A stretch of DNA of 62,485 bases, filler included, from Bonamia ostreae (taxonomy: Eukaryota): the NCBI GenBank assembly GCA_040357525.1. It is 35 parts of 35 records of this genome, joined end to end, with 100 filler letters (N's around TTAATTAATTAA, not from the genome) between each part and the next. Parts side by side here need not be neighbours in the genome. Positions count along the whole stretch, not along the records: positions 48,373 to 50,051 come from JBDODL010001454.1; positions 50,152 to 51,830 come from JBDODL010001455.1; positions 51,931 to 53,608 come from JBDODL010001456.1; positions 53,709 to 55,386 come from JBDODL010001457.1; positions 55,487 to 57,163 come from JBDODL010001458.1; positions 57,264 to 58,939 come from JBDODL010001459.1; positions 59,040 to 60,712 come from JBDODL010001460.1; 28 more parts are not named here. The stretch is one strand, 5' to 3'. How positions within the stretch are numbered: the first letter of the stretch is position 1; each line of letters opens with the position of its first letter. Position numbers and translations under genes: made by a program. The notes beneath the pieces were generated by a model that searched no databases, was not told where the DNA came from, and was given only the letters and a program-made list of their open reading frames with translations. This document shows, piece by piece, positions 49,098 through 60,349 of this stretch.

Positions 49098-49747
49098 TAC
49101 TTATAGCTTTTAAATTTCGTTTTTTGTTATTTTTATTGAATGATAAAACTTATTTTATTGAATGATAAATATACAAATTTTGTTGGAATAAAACAAGATT
49201 TTATAATAATAATAGAATAAAGCAAGATTTTATTGATAACATTTTTATTGAACAATAAAATTGACATATTTATTTTATCATTCAATAATAAAATATTGTT
49301 TAATTATTTTTAAATTCTGCCTTTAAAATTTTTAAAATCTAGTCCACAATGGATAAACGAATATAAATAAACATATGAATGAATATCTTTCAGAAATGCA
49401 ACTTAAAAATGCAAAAAAATGTCTTTAAAGATTTGATAGAAACTATCTGTAAAATTAAATTGGTTTTTTCTAAAAATGATGTAACTAGATAAAGAATAAT
49501 TAAATTACTTAAGATTTTAGAAATATCGTCTGAATTTCGTTATAAACGCCATAATCAAAGTTTCAGTATCAAAATAGCAACTGAAAAATTTAAATTACAA
49601 TGTTAAAAAATTTAATCTTAAACCCAATCTCTAATTATATAATTTAAAAACATTTCATATAATTTAAAACGAATATCATTATTTTTATATAAAAAAACAA
49701 TTAAAAAATTAGCCATAATTAGCCATATTTAAAAAACTGCACAAGAC

Positions 49748-49990
49748 ATGAATTTTCGGATTAGAAAATTTCCTTCGATGAGATTTCGGTGCTTATTTAG
49801 AAGAAGACTTACGAGATTTTTGTCGACATCCCAAATCCCAAAAAAGAATTCTTTGCACAAAATGGTCAATAACGAATACAGGTTGTCCCCGAGAATTGAA
49901 CAACAACTTGGCAAAAATCTTCACAAAAATCCTTCGATGCCAATTGGTATTATTAAAGAGAAAATCGAACATTTTTTTGCACAAAATTTT
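49748..49990 (+). CDS. FARS2: Mitochondrial phenylalanyl-tRNA synthetase, first exon
   Basis: Arg-rich, acid-free presequence, then LSPRIEQQLGKNLHKNPSMPIGIIKEKIEHFF, typical of the organellar PheRS N-terminus. Confidence 0.75.
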
Positions 49991-51163
49991 GTTTGCCAAG
50001 GTTTTACCAAATTTTATCAATTATCGAAAATTTTATTTATGTCGTTCAACTNNNNNNNNNNNNNNNNNNNNNNNNNNNNNNNNNNNNNNNNNNNNTTAAT
50101 TAATTAANNNNNNNNNNNNNNNNNNNNNNNNNNNNNNNNNNNNNNNNNNNNTTATGAAATAAAATTAAATATATGATGCATGAATATTCTAAGTACAGAA
50201 GAAGATAAAAAAAATCACTGTGGAAAACCAAACAAAATATGACTGAATTCACTTACATTGTAACATGCAAAATCTCTGCCGGTCACGCGAGCTATTAATT
50301 ATCAACATGTGCGGCATTTACTTGTAACTTAAGTCGACACGAAAGCCATATTACTTACATGTTCCTGATTTGATGAAAAAGAACTAATCACAAAAGTTTT
50401 AGATTTATGATGAAAAGTACTATGGTTAATGGCTATAGAGATATTGTTTTGAATTATCATTTCAAGATGCACATTTTATTTGAACAAATTTCATTGAATC
50501 AAAGTACAAATGAATTGGAGACAAATTCATTACTTGTGAGTTCTTCATAAGAATTATGCATACAGTATATACAACTTTAAAGTTGAACAAAAAAAAGATA
50601 GAATAAACATCCGAATATTGAAGTCAAAATACAACAACATTGAATGTGTGTAAAGCAATTTGTATACTAACGCATCTAGTAATTGAATAATCCAGGTTCT
50701 TAACCATTTTTGTACGCTATAAATATACGTACATTTACATCATTTGGTAATGTCTGGTTCCTACAAATCAGGCGGTGCATATCTACAACATCTAAGTCAT
50801 TTAATCTTAGCAAGCAATCTAACAGTTTATATAAAATAATAAATGTTTTCTTGAATATCCATGTGAACAAAACGGTGATTCAACAATATTTCATAAAAGT
50901 AACAAATTGTGCCATAGTTTCATAAGAACGAGTACCAAATGCAATGTATCTAAGAGATATATATGTTTTTTGCTTACACCTTTTTCTAAATGTACTACTT
51001 CTTGTTTGTAAACTGAGAGAGTTCCTAATATTACAGGTATACAAAGCAAAGAATTTTCGGGGGGAAAACAATTCTATACTTCGGAATTCATCGACATTTA
51101 ACCATATTCTAAAGCAGTAATCTATTTGATACATGTATTCAATAAAATGCAAAATATACACTT

Positions 51164-51226
51164 ATTTGTTTGCTTTTTTCTAACTCTGTATTGGTATAAT
51201 ACAGAGTTAGAAAAAAGCAAACAAAT
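51164..51226. repeat. Perfect 29-bp inverted repeat with 5-nt loop
   Basis: ATTTGTTTGCTTTTTTCTAACTCTGTATT-GGTAT-AATACAGAGTTAGAAAAAAGCAAACAAAT. Confidence 0.95.
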
Positions 51227-52980
51227 CATTAAAAATATGTATCGACCGTGGAATGCTAGACCCTCACGCCCACTAAATCGTTAAATATCCAATCATATCA
51301 TATGTAAACGGACATTTAAAGTCTTTATGCTAGATTTCTAATTTACTCTGTCTGGAGTGTGTTGAGGGAACGAAACGGCTTAAGTTTCGTTACCACAATG
51401 TTCGGAAGTAAGTTTTCATTATTTATGGTAATCAAACCACAAGCACAATTCAGAATTTCAGCATATCAATTTCATTTTATTTATTCTATTTTTATTATTA
51501 TCATTTTTTATTTTTTTTTTGTATTTTTAGTTATGAAGTTAGTGATGCTGTCTTCAATGTGTTTGTTATCCACGGCGATGGTAGGAAAAGGTTGGTGTTT
51601 AATGAAAGGAAATTAATTACATTCATCCAATGTATTTATTGTTTTAAATTTATACAGACTTTGAGCTGTGTTTATATGAAATATCTTACAAATCGATTTT
51701 CTTTTTTTATTTATTGGTTTAGGTGATAGACGAAATGACAGTGCAGTGATATTGAAAGGTAATGCTTTAACACCCCTATATGAATACTATAATATTTCTT
51801 AAACGAAGATAAAAGAAATCGAAAAAATAANNNNNNNNNNNNNNNNNNNNNNNNNNNNNNNNNNNNNNNNNNNNTTAATTAATTAANNNNNNNNNNNNNN
51901 NNNNNNNNNNNNNNNNNNNNNNNNNNNNNNTGATATACTTTAGTTGAATCTTACAATAGCATTTTTTGGTAATTTTCCTCTGACATGTTTATAAAAAAAC
52001 TGTAAAAATTGCGCACTATTTCTGACGTCACGCACGGCATAGTAAAGCAAAGTAATGATTAAAATGTATGCAATGAGTACTAAAGAAGAAAACATGTGAT
52101 AAAAAGAAGTTAGTTTGTACACCATATTTCTTAATAATTAATGGCTCGATGTAAACTGCATTTCTCGATCTAAAATCATACATTTCTTAAAATAAAACTG
52201 TTTGGTAATTATGATTATAATTATGTAAACCTAGTAAAAGTAGATTGAACCAGCTATGAAATATTGAGATATACTTTTATTGGCGACTTATTTTATTTTA
52301 AATATTGGATTGTGTTTGTTTTATGGTAATGAGTGTACAACCGTTTTCAGCTGGTATTGGAAAATAAGAATTTTTTTTTTGTGTTAATGATGTGGTTTGT
52401 TCCGTCTATATTAGATTTTGTTTACTTTTCCCAAAAATATTCATTTTGAAATTATCTATTGACGGGTCATTGTGCGATGTAGTCGACTATTGCCTTAACT
52501 GTGCTGCATATATCCACATTCTACTTTTATTTCTTTTTAATCCCCCAGTCGTTAGGGAATATATTCTATATATATCAAGTGGTTTTGTATTCATACGCTA
52601 ATTGTTTACAAATGTGTCACATTCATGATGATATGTCTCTCATTAAAGTATATAAATATACTAAATGCAAAAATATTGCAAATGTAAATGTATGCCATTG
52701 AGTGTACTTATACAACACACGACAGACAAATTTGGATGCGAGATAAGCCCTGACAGCCATATATCACTTGCTATACCTGATTGAGTGACTTGAAATTAAC
52801 CATTTTGTAATATGACTGGTGAAGCGATTTGAAGATGAACTGTCATATTATAATGCTATACAGTGTGATTCGATTTAAATGAAATAGATGAAAAACCTAG
52901 CAGTCATATCAAGAACATGAAGAGCGAACATCTGGAAACACATGTGACTATTATTCAAAATAAAAATACACATCACTTAC

Positions 52981-53182
52981 CTACAATCACAATTCCATGA
53001 TCTGATTTCAGAATATCTTTCTTTCTTTTGTCTATTTGTTCCAAGTAATCAGGGTTGGATGCACGTAGACCCTGCCGCAAACCTTCGTTATATTCGTCAA
53101 TCTCAAGAATTGTTTTCGTTTCATCAAACAAGGCAATCACTTTTTCCTCTTTGTCTCGTTTGCCTGCCAAGTTATATGTCCT
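52981..53182 (-). CDS. Animal-type internal exon ending just before a probable P-loop (dynamin-N-like GTPase)
   Basis: Acceptor CTTTCTTTTCTAAG, open frame ...KKDILKSDHGIVIVG, canonical GTAAGT donor. Confidence 0.45.
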
Positions 53183-53744
53183 TAGAAAAGAAAGCAATTT
53201 ACTTTACATTAATCATGTTTCCACAATGAATTCTTTCGATGTATATAAACACATGCTAACTTTTTGTTTCCTGCAAGTATATCATTTCAGTTCATGGAAA
53301 TAATTCTCACAAACCATCACAAGAATGTATAAATTTTCCCTATGCATACTGAAACATTACCCGTGTTAGCAATTGAAATATTTAGCAGAAACGCTAATTA
53401 CAGAGCAGTAGAGATAAATAGATTAACAATGTATTCCAAACTAAAACAAAATTGGACCAGTTGTAATCATAACCATGTACCAGACAAACTCTTTAGAACT
53501 ACATATATAGTCAATAGGATTAAATGGATAGGTGTTTTGACGAAGAATACATGACCCGATTAAGTCAGTTTGAATCCAGTTGATCTCAAAACTTGAATAA
53601 TTTACTTGNNNNNNNNNNNNNNNNNNNNNNNNNNNNNNNNNNNNNNNNNNNNTTAATTAATTAANNNNNNNNNNNNNNNNNNNNNNNNNNNNNNNNNNNN
53701 NNNNNNNNACAATAAAACAAAAAATTTGCGATATTAAAGATTAA

Positions 53745-55200
53745 CAAAACTGCTCTTTAAATCTCGACAAGTCTCATCAATCCTTACGATAGTGCGCACA
53801 ATCACTCCTTCGTGCACATTCGTTATTCTGCAAATCTCGCTAAAATCCTTTCCTTTTGCCCACTGATAAACCACTTCCATCAAATTTGGGTTTATGCTGT
53901 CTTCGACGTATTTCTGTGGCCCTTCACCGACTTTGTAGATGTCTTGCAGCATTCCGATCCGCTGCGCGATCGCTATCAGAGCTTCCAGCGAGTTTTCTTG
54001 CGTGCGGCTCAAATGCGGCTCGGAACAGTTTTTCTGTTTGAAAACGAGGCAAGATATCAACGACAAAATGTCTTTTTGTTCGATTTAATTTTCGACAAAA
54101 CTTTCTGGCTCTAAATCGCTTAAAACGTTTTCAAAAATCATTTCCGATAAAATCAACGAATCGCAATTGTTGATCTTTAAAATTTAGCAATTGTCTATTT
54201 CCAATTTGCGTCAAAAAATAATTGCAAACTTCGCAAGCAACTCTTCCTTTAATCAGAACAGATCTGTCTTCGCCGATGAAATTCAGTTCTTTCAAGATTT
54301 TTGTTTTTCTCTCAAAGTCTATTTTTCAAATTTAGCTCAATTTTTAATTTTCAAAATTTGCCTTCTATTAAAGGAACGCTTTCGTCGGACAGCAAATAAT
54401 CCAAATCGCTCATTTCTTTTTTTATTTCTATTTTGTCTTTCGCCGATTTGTACTTTTATTTTTTTCACGTTTTTGATCAAAATTAATATTAAAATTCGCT
54501 TTTAGCAATAGAAACAAATTGGTCTAAAAATGGAAAATTTCCGTGAAAATCAAATTTAGCCAATTGCTCGGTGACGTAAAAAGCTTCTTCGGCGACAATT
54601 GACATTTCTTTTTCGGTCAAAACAAGATTTTTCAGAAAGAAACTTATCAATTTTTTACGTCTTTTTTCCAGTTTTTTCTTAAATTTTTTTGGATTTTTTA
54701 ATTTTATTGAAAATTAAATTAGCTTTGACTAAATTATGTTAATGAAAATCAATTTGTTAAATTTTAACGTTGACTCCCGCGATTATATTTGATATCGTCT
54801 TCTCGTGATGTTTAATCATTATTTTAGATATCGACTTGAACTTTAAAAATTTTGCAAAAAATGGCCCAAAATAAAAATAAAATTTTGGCTAAAATTTTTC
54901 TTTAGACAAAAACAGAAAATTTGTATTTCAGGACACAAAGAATGTCGCCCGGAAAAATTTCGTTTATTAGAAATTGATGTTTTTTACCGCAAACATCAAT
55001 TTCCTTAAACGTGTAGAAAGGTTTGCTAAATTTTAATTCGGATTTGTCGAGATTCCATTCGGGCGGACATAATATCAATCCGATAAATTTTATCGCTTCG
55101 TTATTCGGTTGATTTGGTTTTGTGTTTTGGTAAACGACTTTTAGAATCACTGCTTCGGCGGTGTAAATGCTGTCGGGATGTTTAATCAAACAAACTTTTC
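53745..55200 (-). CDS. SKI2: SKI2-like DExH RNA helicase, C-terminal exons
   Basis: LIKGRVACE, LILSEMIFENVL, LMEVVYQWAKGKDFSEICRITNVHEGVIVRTIVRIDETCRDLKS. The DETCR signature favours Ski2 over Mtr4. Confidence 0.88.
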
Positions 55201-55486
55201 CTAAATTTTTGTTTAAATTTATTTTTTTCGATAAACAATTTTTTTCGAATTTTTGATAAAATTTATTTTTTTAATAAACAATTTTTTCGGATTTTTGATA
55301 AAATTTATTTTATTTAATAAACAATTTTTTCGAATTTTCGTTAAAATTTATTTTTATCGATAAACAATTTTTTTTCGAATTTTTGTNNNNNNNNNNNNNN
55401 NNNNNNNNNNNNNNNNNNNNNNNNNNNNNNTTAATTAATTAANNNNNNNNNNNNNNNNNNNNNNNNNNNNNNNNNNNNNNNNNNNN

Positions 55487-56103
55487 CCAACGGAGTGCCT
55501 ATTTTCTTTAAAAATTGATCAAATTTTGTATCAAAAATTTAAAATTTGTTTGATTTGGATAAAAGCGAAATTTGGCAATAATTTAAACAATTGTTGGAAC
55601 ACGGCTTTCATTGCCATAAATTTCCGTTCTGAGATTATTGACGTCAACAGAAATTCCAAAAACACAAAAAGTTGCCGTTTCGAGGTTTTTGGATTTTTCC
55701 GGATTGCTTTTGATGCAACCAATGCCAAATTTGTTTTTGACCAAATCAAGTTTCTTCGCTTCGGCCAAATTTGAGAAATTTTCTATTTTTTTGACAAAAT
55801 CTATGCCCATCAAGTTGTCCAAGTTTATGTCGATATCGTCAGAATTAAGTCCCAAAAGCTAAATTTTGTTTTAGGAACTTTGTCGCGAACCCATCCGCCG
55901 GCGATTCTGGCGGTCGAATTCAAATGAAAATGGTCGATCGTGTTTCTGATTAGAAGAACAAGTTTCTTTTCAGACTCGGTTAAGTTGATCTTAACGTTTT
56001 TAATCCGAACGCCATTGCAGAGTCTAAAAATTGGGGAATTGTCTTTTAATTTAATTAATGATCTCCTTTTAATAAATTTGATCATATTTTCTGGTGTCTG
56101 CAT
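55487..56103 (-). CDS. CCA1: CCA tRNA nucleotidyltransferase (class II), 3'-partial
   Basis: ARIAGGWVRDK| 20-nt intron 55859-55878 |LLGLNSDDIDI, IKSNPEKSKNLETAT, VDVNNLRTEIY..ESRVP. Confidence 0.93.
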
Positions 56104-56255
56104 TGGCTAATTATGACAAATTGGGATTTTTTGTATATTTCCGATGTTTGCCGAATTAGAAGTTTCGTGTGTAAATTGTTTAGTCCTCGGTGGCTTAAAA
56201 TACCGTTAATTTGGAATTTGTATTGATAAATTGAGAAAATAATGATTAACTAAAA

Positions 56256-57150
56256 TTACAAATTTAATTTTTTCAAATAACGCAAATCGCTTTCGACCAT
56301 TTCTCGTATCAATTCCTTTTTATTGAATTTCTAAAAACTTCAAGTTCTATTCGATGACGCCATTTTAGTTTTGAATGCGCTTTTTTGCTGCAACCTCTCA
56401 AAAATCCCACTTCTCTCGGCCTAAAAAATCGCTTATCAATTCTCACCAACACGACATCTTTTTAACAAAACAACATTTTCGATTATTACAATTTTGTTTT
56501 TAAACGTTTAGCAATTTTAAATTTTTTGGTAAGTCAAATGTTTTTGCAAATTTTAAAACTTTTGTTCTTTTTGTCAAATCCCTCTTCATTCAATTTTTCT
56601 CCTCTCCAACAAATATCAATTCCAACGACAGAAAACGCTTTTTCAGTAAAATAACGTACAGATCTAACAATTCCAGTGGCTATCACATAATCGGATGGTT
56701 GATTTTGTTGCAAAATTTTGTACATCGCTTCAACATAGTCCTTCGCGTGGCCCCAATCGCGTTTCGCGTCTAAATTGCCCAAGTAAATGCACTTCTTTAA
56801 ATTTAATTTTATCGAAGCGACGCCCATCGTAATTTTTCTTGTGACAAAGTTTTCGCCTCGTCTGGGACTTTCGTGGTTGAACAAAATGCCGTTTGAAATG
56901 TGCATTCCATAGGATTCTCGGAAATTGATTGCTGTCCAATAAGCGAAAACTTTTGCGATCGCTTTATTATTTGTTGTTGTAACGATAATTTTGGTTTGAA
57001 ATACAAAACCGTAAGGTGATTGAGGCCGAAAACGCGTATTTTCATTTTGTATTTCTTCAGTGACGTCTCCGAACATTTCAGAAGATGAAGCTTGGTACAC
57101 TCTAATTTTTTCTGGGTTGATTAATCTTACAGCTTCTAACAATCTTATTT
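56256..57150 (-). CDS. GMDS: GDP-mannose 4,6-dehydratase, 5'-partial
   Basis: [80 protein letters not shown]. Confidence 0.96.
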
Positions 57151-57271
57151 TTGAATGTTAACTNNNNNNNNNNNNNNNNNNNNNNNNNNNNNNNNNNNNN
57201 NNNNNNNTTAATTAATTAANNNNNNNNNNNNNNNNNNNNNNNNNNNNNNNNNNNNNNNNNNNNATAAAAAG

Positions 57272-57559
57272 ATTTTCAGATTCCAACCGCCGCCATCAAA
57301 AGATGGTAAACCGATTAAAATAAGATTTGTCACACAAGTCAAAACGCGTCCTCCGACATTCGCAGTTTTTTCGAGCAAAGAAGTTCCGACGAACTACCAA
57401 AAATTCTTAACATCGAAAATCCACGAAGAATTTGAATTTAATGGTGTGCCAGTTCGGCTTTTGTTCCGAATAAAAGACAATCCTTTTAGAACGAAAGAAA
57501 ATAAGAGGATTGCAGGAAATAAAGGCGTTGTGGTTTCTGCGCCTTTGAAGAGAAAGTAA
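57272..57559 (+). CDS. der: GTPase Der/EngA C-terminal KH-like domain, last exon; not in the ORF track
   Basis: QPPPSKDGKPIKIRFVTQVKTRPPTFAVF...NYQKFL...EEFEFNGVPVRLLFR..DNPF. Confidence 0.88.
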   Translation: MFRFQPPPSKDGKPIKIRFVTQVKTRPPTFAVFSSKEVPTNYQKFLTSKIHEEFEFNGVPVRLLFRIKDNPFRTKENKRIAGNKGVVVSAPLKRK

Positions 57560-57704
57560 ATTTTGATTTTTTTTNNNNNNNNNNCATATCTTCGAAAACG
57601 AAGCGTCGAAATAATAATGAAATCGAGAAAGGTTAACAAAATGAATGGAAAGGTTAACAAAATGGACAAAATGGAGAGATTTGATTAATCAAATTTTAAT
57701 GTCG

Positions 57705-57716
57705 TATTTATATAAA
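57705..57716 (+). promoter_or_regulatory. TATA-like element about 25-33 nt upstream of tRNA-Sec
   Basis: TATTTATATAAA at the expected spacing, but in an AT-rich background. Confidence 0.4.
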
Positions 57717-57738
57717 CTTAAATTTTCATAATACGGTT

Positions 57739-57825
57739 GCGCCGATGAGTCTAATTGGTATTAGGGGCGGGCTTCAAACCTGCGGCGGCTTAAAACCCGA
57801 GTGGTTCAATTCCACCTTTGGCGCG
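57739..57825 (+). tRNA. tRNA-Sec (anticodon UCA), eukaryotic 9/4 fold
   Basis: 87 nt. Acceptor GCGCCGATG/CTTTGGCGC, 6-bp D stem TCTAAT-TGGT-ATTAGG, GCGGG-CTTCAAA-CCTGC anticodon arm, long variable arm, 4-bp T stem GTGG-TTCAATT-CCAC, discriminator G, then a TTTT terminator. Confidence 0.97.
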
Positions 57826-57896
57826 TTTTCGAGATTTGTACAAATTATTGGAAGAATGTACAAAATCTCGAGAAAAATATTAAAATTCGGATTGGT

Positions 57897-58848
57897 CTAT
57901 TTACTTTTCCTTTTAATCCCCAAAAATCCTTTCTTTTCGACTGTTTTCCTTTTCTCGGTTTTCTCGTCTTCTTTAAGATCAGTTTTTGCGATCTTTTTCG
58001 AAAATATTTTTTCTCTCACGAAAAAGGAAATATCTTCTCTCAAATTCTCTAATTCTTCTTGTAAAATTGTTGCAAAGTCGATTATTCTTTTTTCGTTCTT
58101 TTTGTACATTGGCAAAATTGTATTTCTGTAAAACTTTTCTGAGTACTTCAAAATTTTTATGATTATCAACTATAAATTTGAACCAAATATATTAACAACC
58201 AAAATAATGTTTGAAGTGACTTTGTTAATCAATTTACTAAAAATACTTTGAAATCATCTCTCATCAGTAGAAGAAAGAAGCAAATTTTCGCCATATTAAC
58301 AACCAAAAATGGCCTTGTTTTCCAATCAAAATTTGTTTCAATTATTGTAAACAAAACGTAAACGATCCAATCTTTTCAACAGTTAAAAATTGTAACAATA
58401 AAGGATTTTCTTTGTTTTCTCTGTATCATAATTTTGTAACAATTTTATTGACTTTACCACTGGCACTATTCCGGTCACAAAAGATCTTTTTAGATAAAAT
58501 TGTTGTCGCAAGTACATTATGTTTGTCTTGTTACAAGATATTAATATTTATTCCAGTTTGATAAAAAGACTGTTGCTACAATTGTTTGTCGTTAAAAGTA
58601 CTTTATATTTCGCCTCGATTTTAAAAACGTTTTTAAACTGTTTTTTTTTAATATAGCAAAAAATTGTTGTTTTTGTAAATATTCAAAATATTTTGAAACG
58701 TGAATAAATTTGTGAGATAGCCGGTGATAGTTCCGGCAGTGCAAAATAGCAAAAAGGAAATAACTGCGACACGTTTTGCCACATTTGGATTTTCATTAAT
58801 TTTCTCGCTTTTTGTTGTTTGTTCGACTTTGTTGATTTTGGATGACAT
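57897..58848 (-). CDS. Hypothetical multi-exon protein with an N-terminal transmembrane segment
   Basis: MSSKINK...RVAVISFLLFCTAGTITGYL and further open exons. Model unresolved. Confidence 0.35.
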
Positions 58849-59900
58849 TTAAGTTTTATTTTTTGCCACAATTTCTTGGCTAAATTTTAATCATATTTAT
58901 GTTTTATAGCTTGTCATTTTTTCCCAAACAAAATTGTAANNNNNNNNNNNNNNNNNNNNNNNNNNNNNNNNNNNNNNNNNNNNTTAATTAATTAANNNNN
59001 NNNNNNNNNNNNNNNNNNNNNNNNNNNNNNNNNNNNNNNTAAGTTCATAATCCTAAGAAAGCATGTATCTTGGAATTGACATTATCATAGACACATATCT
59101 GTTGTATAACAAATTTCGTGAAGTAAGTTAGATATATAATATTAATAGAACTATAATGTACTATAATATCAAATTTTATAGGATTTTACTTTAGTGTTAA
59201 TGATTTTACAACAGCAAATCAAGGTTTGATTATAATATATTTCAAAGTTTGGTTTATGGCACATTTAGGTATCTGAAGTAGATCATAAAATTTTTGTTAG
59301 GGTATCAACGACAAGTTCACAACCGACAACCAGTCGTGGTAGCCTACATGTAAGTGTTAGATTCAGAACACTAGTTTCCGTAACGGGAAATCGCAAGTTT
59401 GACCCCCCTTTCGGTCGCATCAAACATAAGACATTTAAATTGGGTAGTGTAGGTCGTGAGTGTTCTATCGACAAGTTCACGATATTCTTTAGGATAAAGC
59501 TAGGAGCGCGATGTTTGTCACTTCATCTACAACTGGTAACGTCGTTATATGAGAGATACATTCTTGTATGGGATGTACAGGATCAAACAAACAAATGAAT
59601 GATGGATGATGGTGAACAAAAAAGTACACATACACTGTACAAGGATCAATTCTATATAAACAACAACATTCATTTAGGTCATAAACACCAGAGGCAATAC
59701 ATAACACATTGTAACACAAAACATACATGTACCAAGGAATTAACTGCAATTAATTATTACTTTTGAAATAAAATCAAAAGAAATTTTGGTCAATACGTAA
59801 ATTCTTCTCCCAAGTTACCTGACCATAAACACAAAACATCTATGTAAACCACTGTTGTTCAAACAGTTAACAGTGTCACAAATTCTAAAGTGGAAACAAT

Positions 59901-60349
59901 TCATGAAATTTCGGTTTCGCACCTCTCGTAGAATAATAGATATGCATTGGTTTTCAAAACAGATTCCACGGACACGCTACGCACATAGCTGTCGTCACAT
60001 TCTTCCCACCTCTGTTCTGCTTTTCGTTTCACAAAGCAAACGTAGTGGCCTCCTGTTACGCTTCCCCAGTGAACTACAACACCAAAAAGTCTATATGGTT
60101 GCAAAGTGTCTTCTCCCAATTTCTAAAAAAAGAAACATATAAATTTACAACTTTTACGTGTATAGGAAAACCTTACATATACAAACTTAAGAAAACATGA
60201 TGTAGAAATATGTTAAACGCTTTAAACACTTGGAAAGTAAGTATGCATACCTTTTTTAGCTCTGCGTTTTTTAATCCATCGAAATTTTCCCAAAATCTTA
60301 CAAAATTGCTTCGTTTCTCAATAGTGTATTCTTCAGAGGTCGACTCAAC
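59901..60349 (-). CDS. Ubiquitin-specific protease (USP/C19), last two exons, animal-type contig
   Basis: His box YRLFGVVVHWGSVTGGHYVCFVK..W..CDDS.V....AYLLFY. Exons 60251-60349 and 59901-60122, with a 128-nt GTATGC..TTTTAG intron. Confidence 0.9.

Noticed and set aside
55487-57825. tRNA-processing gene cluster (CCA enzyme near tRNA-Sec)
   Set aside because: They lie on different contigs joined by the artificial spacer at 57164-57263.
57745-58131. 128-aa + strand ORF
   Set aside because: It overlaps tRNA-Sec and is antisense to the Lys-rich minus-strand exon.
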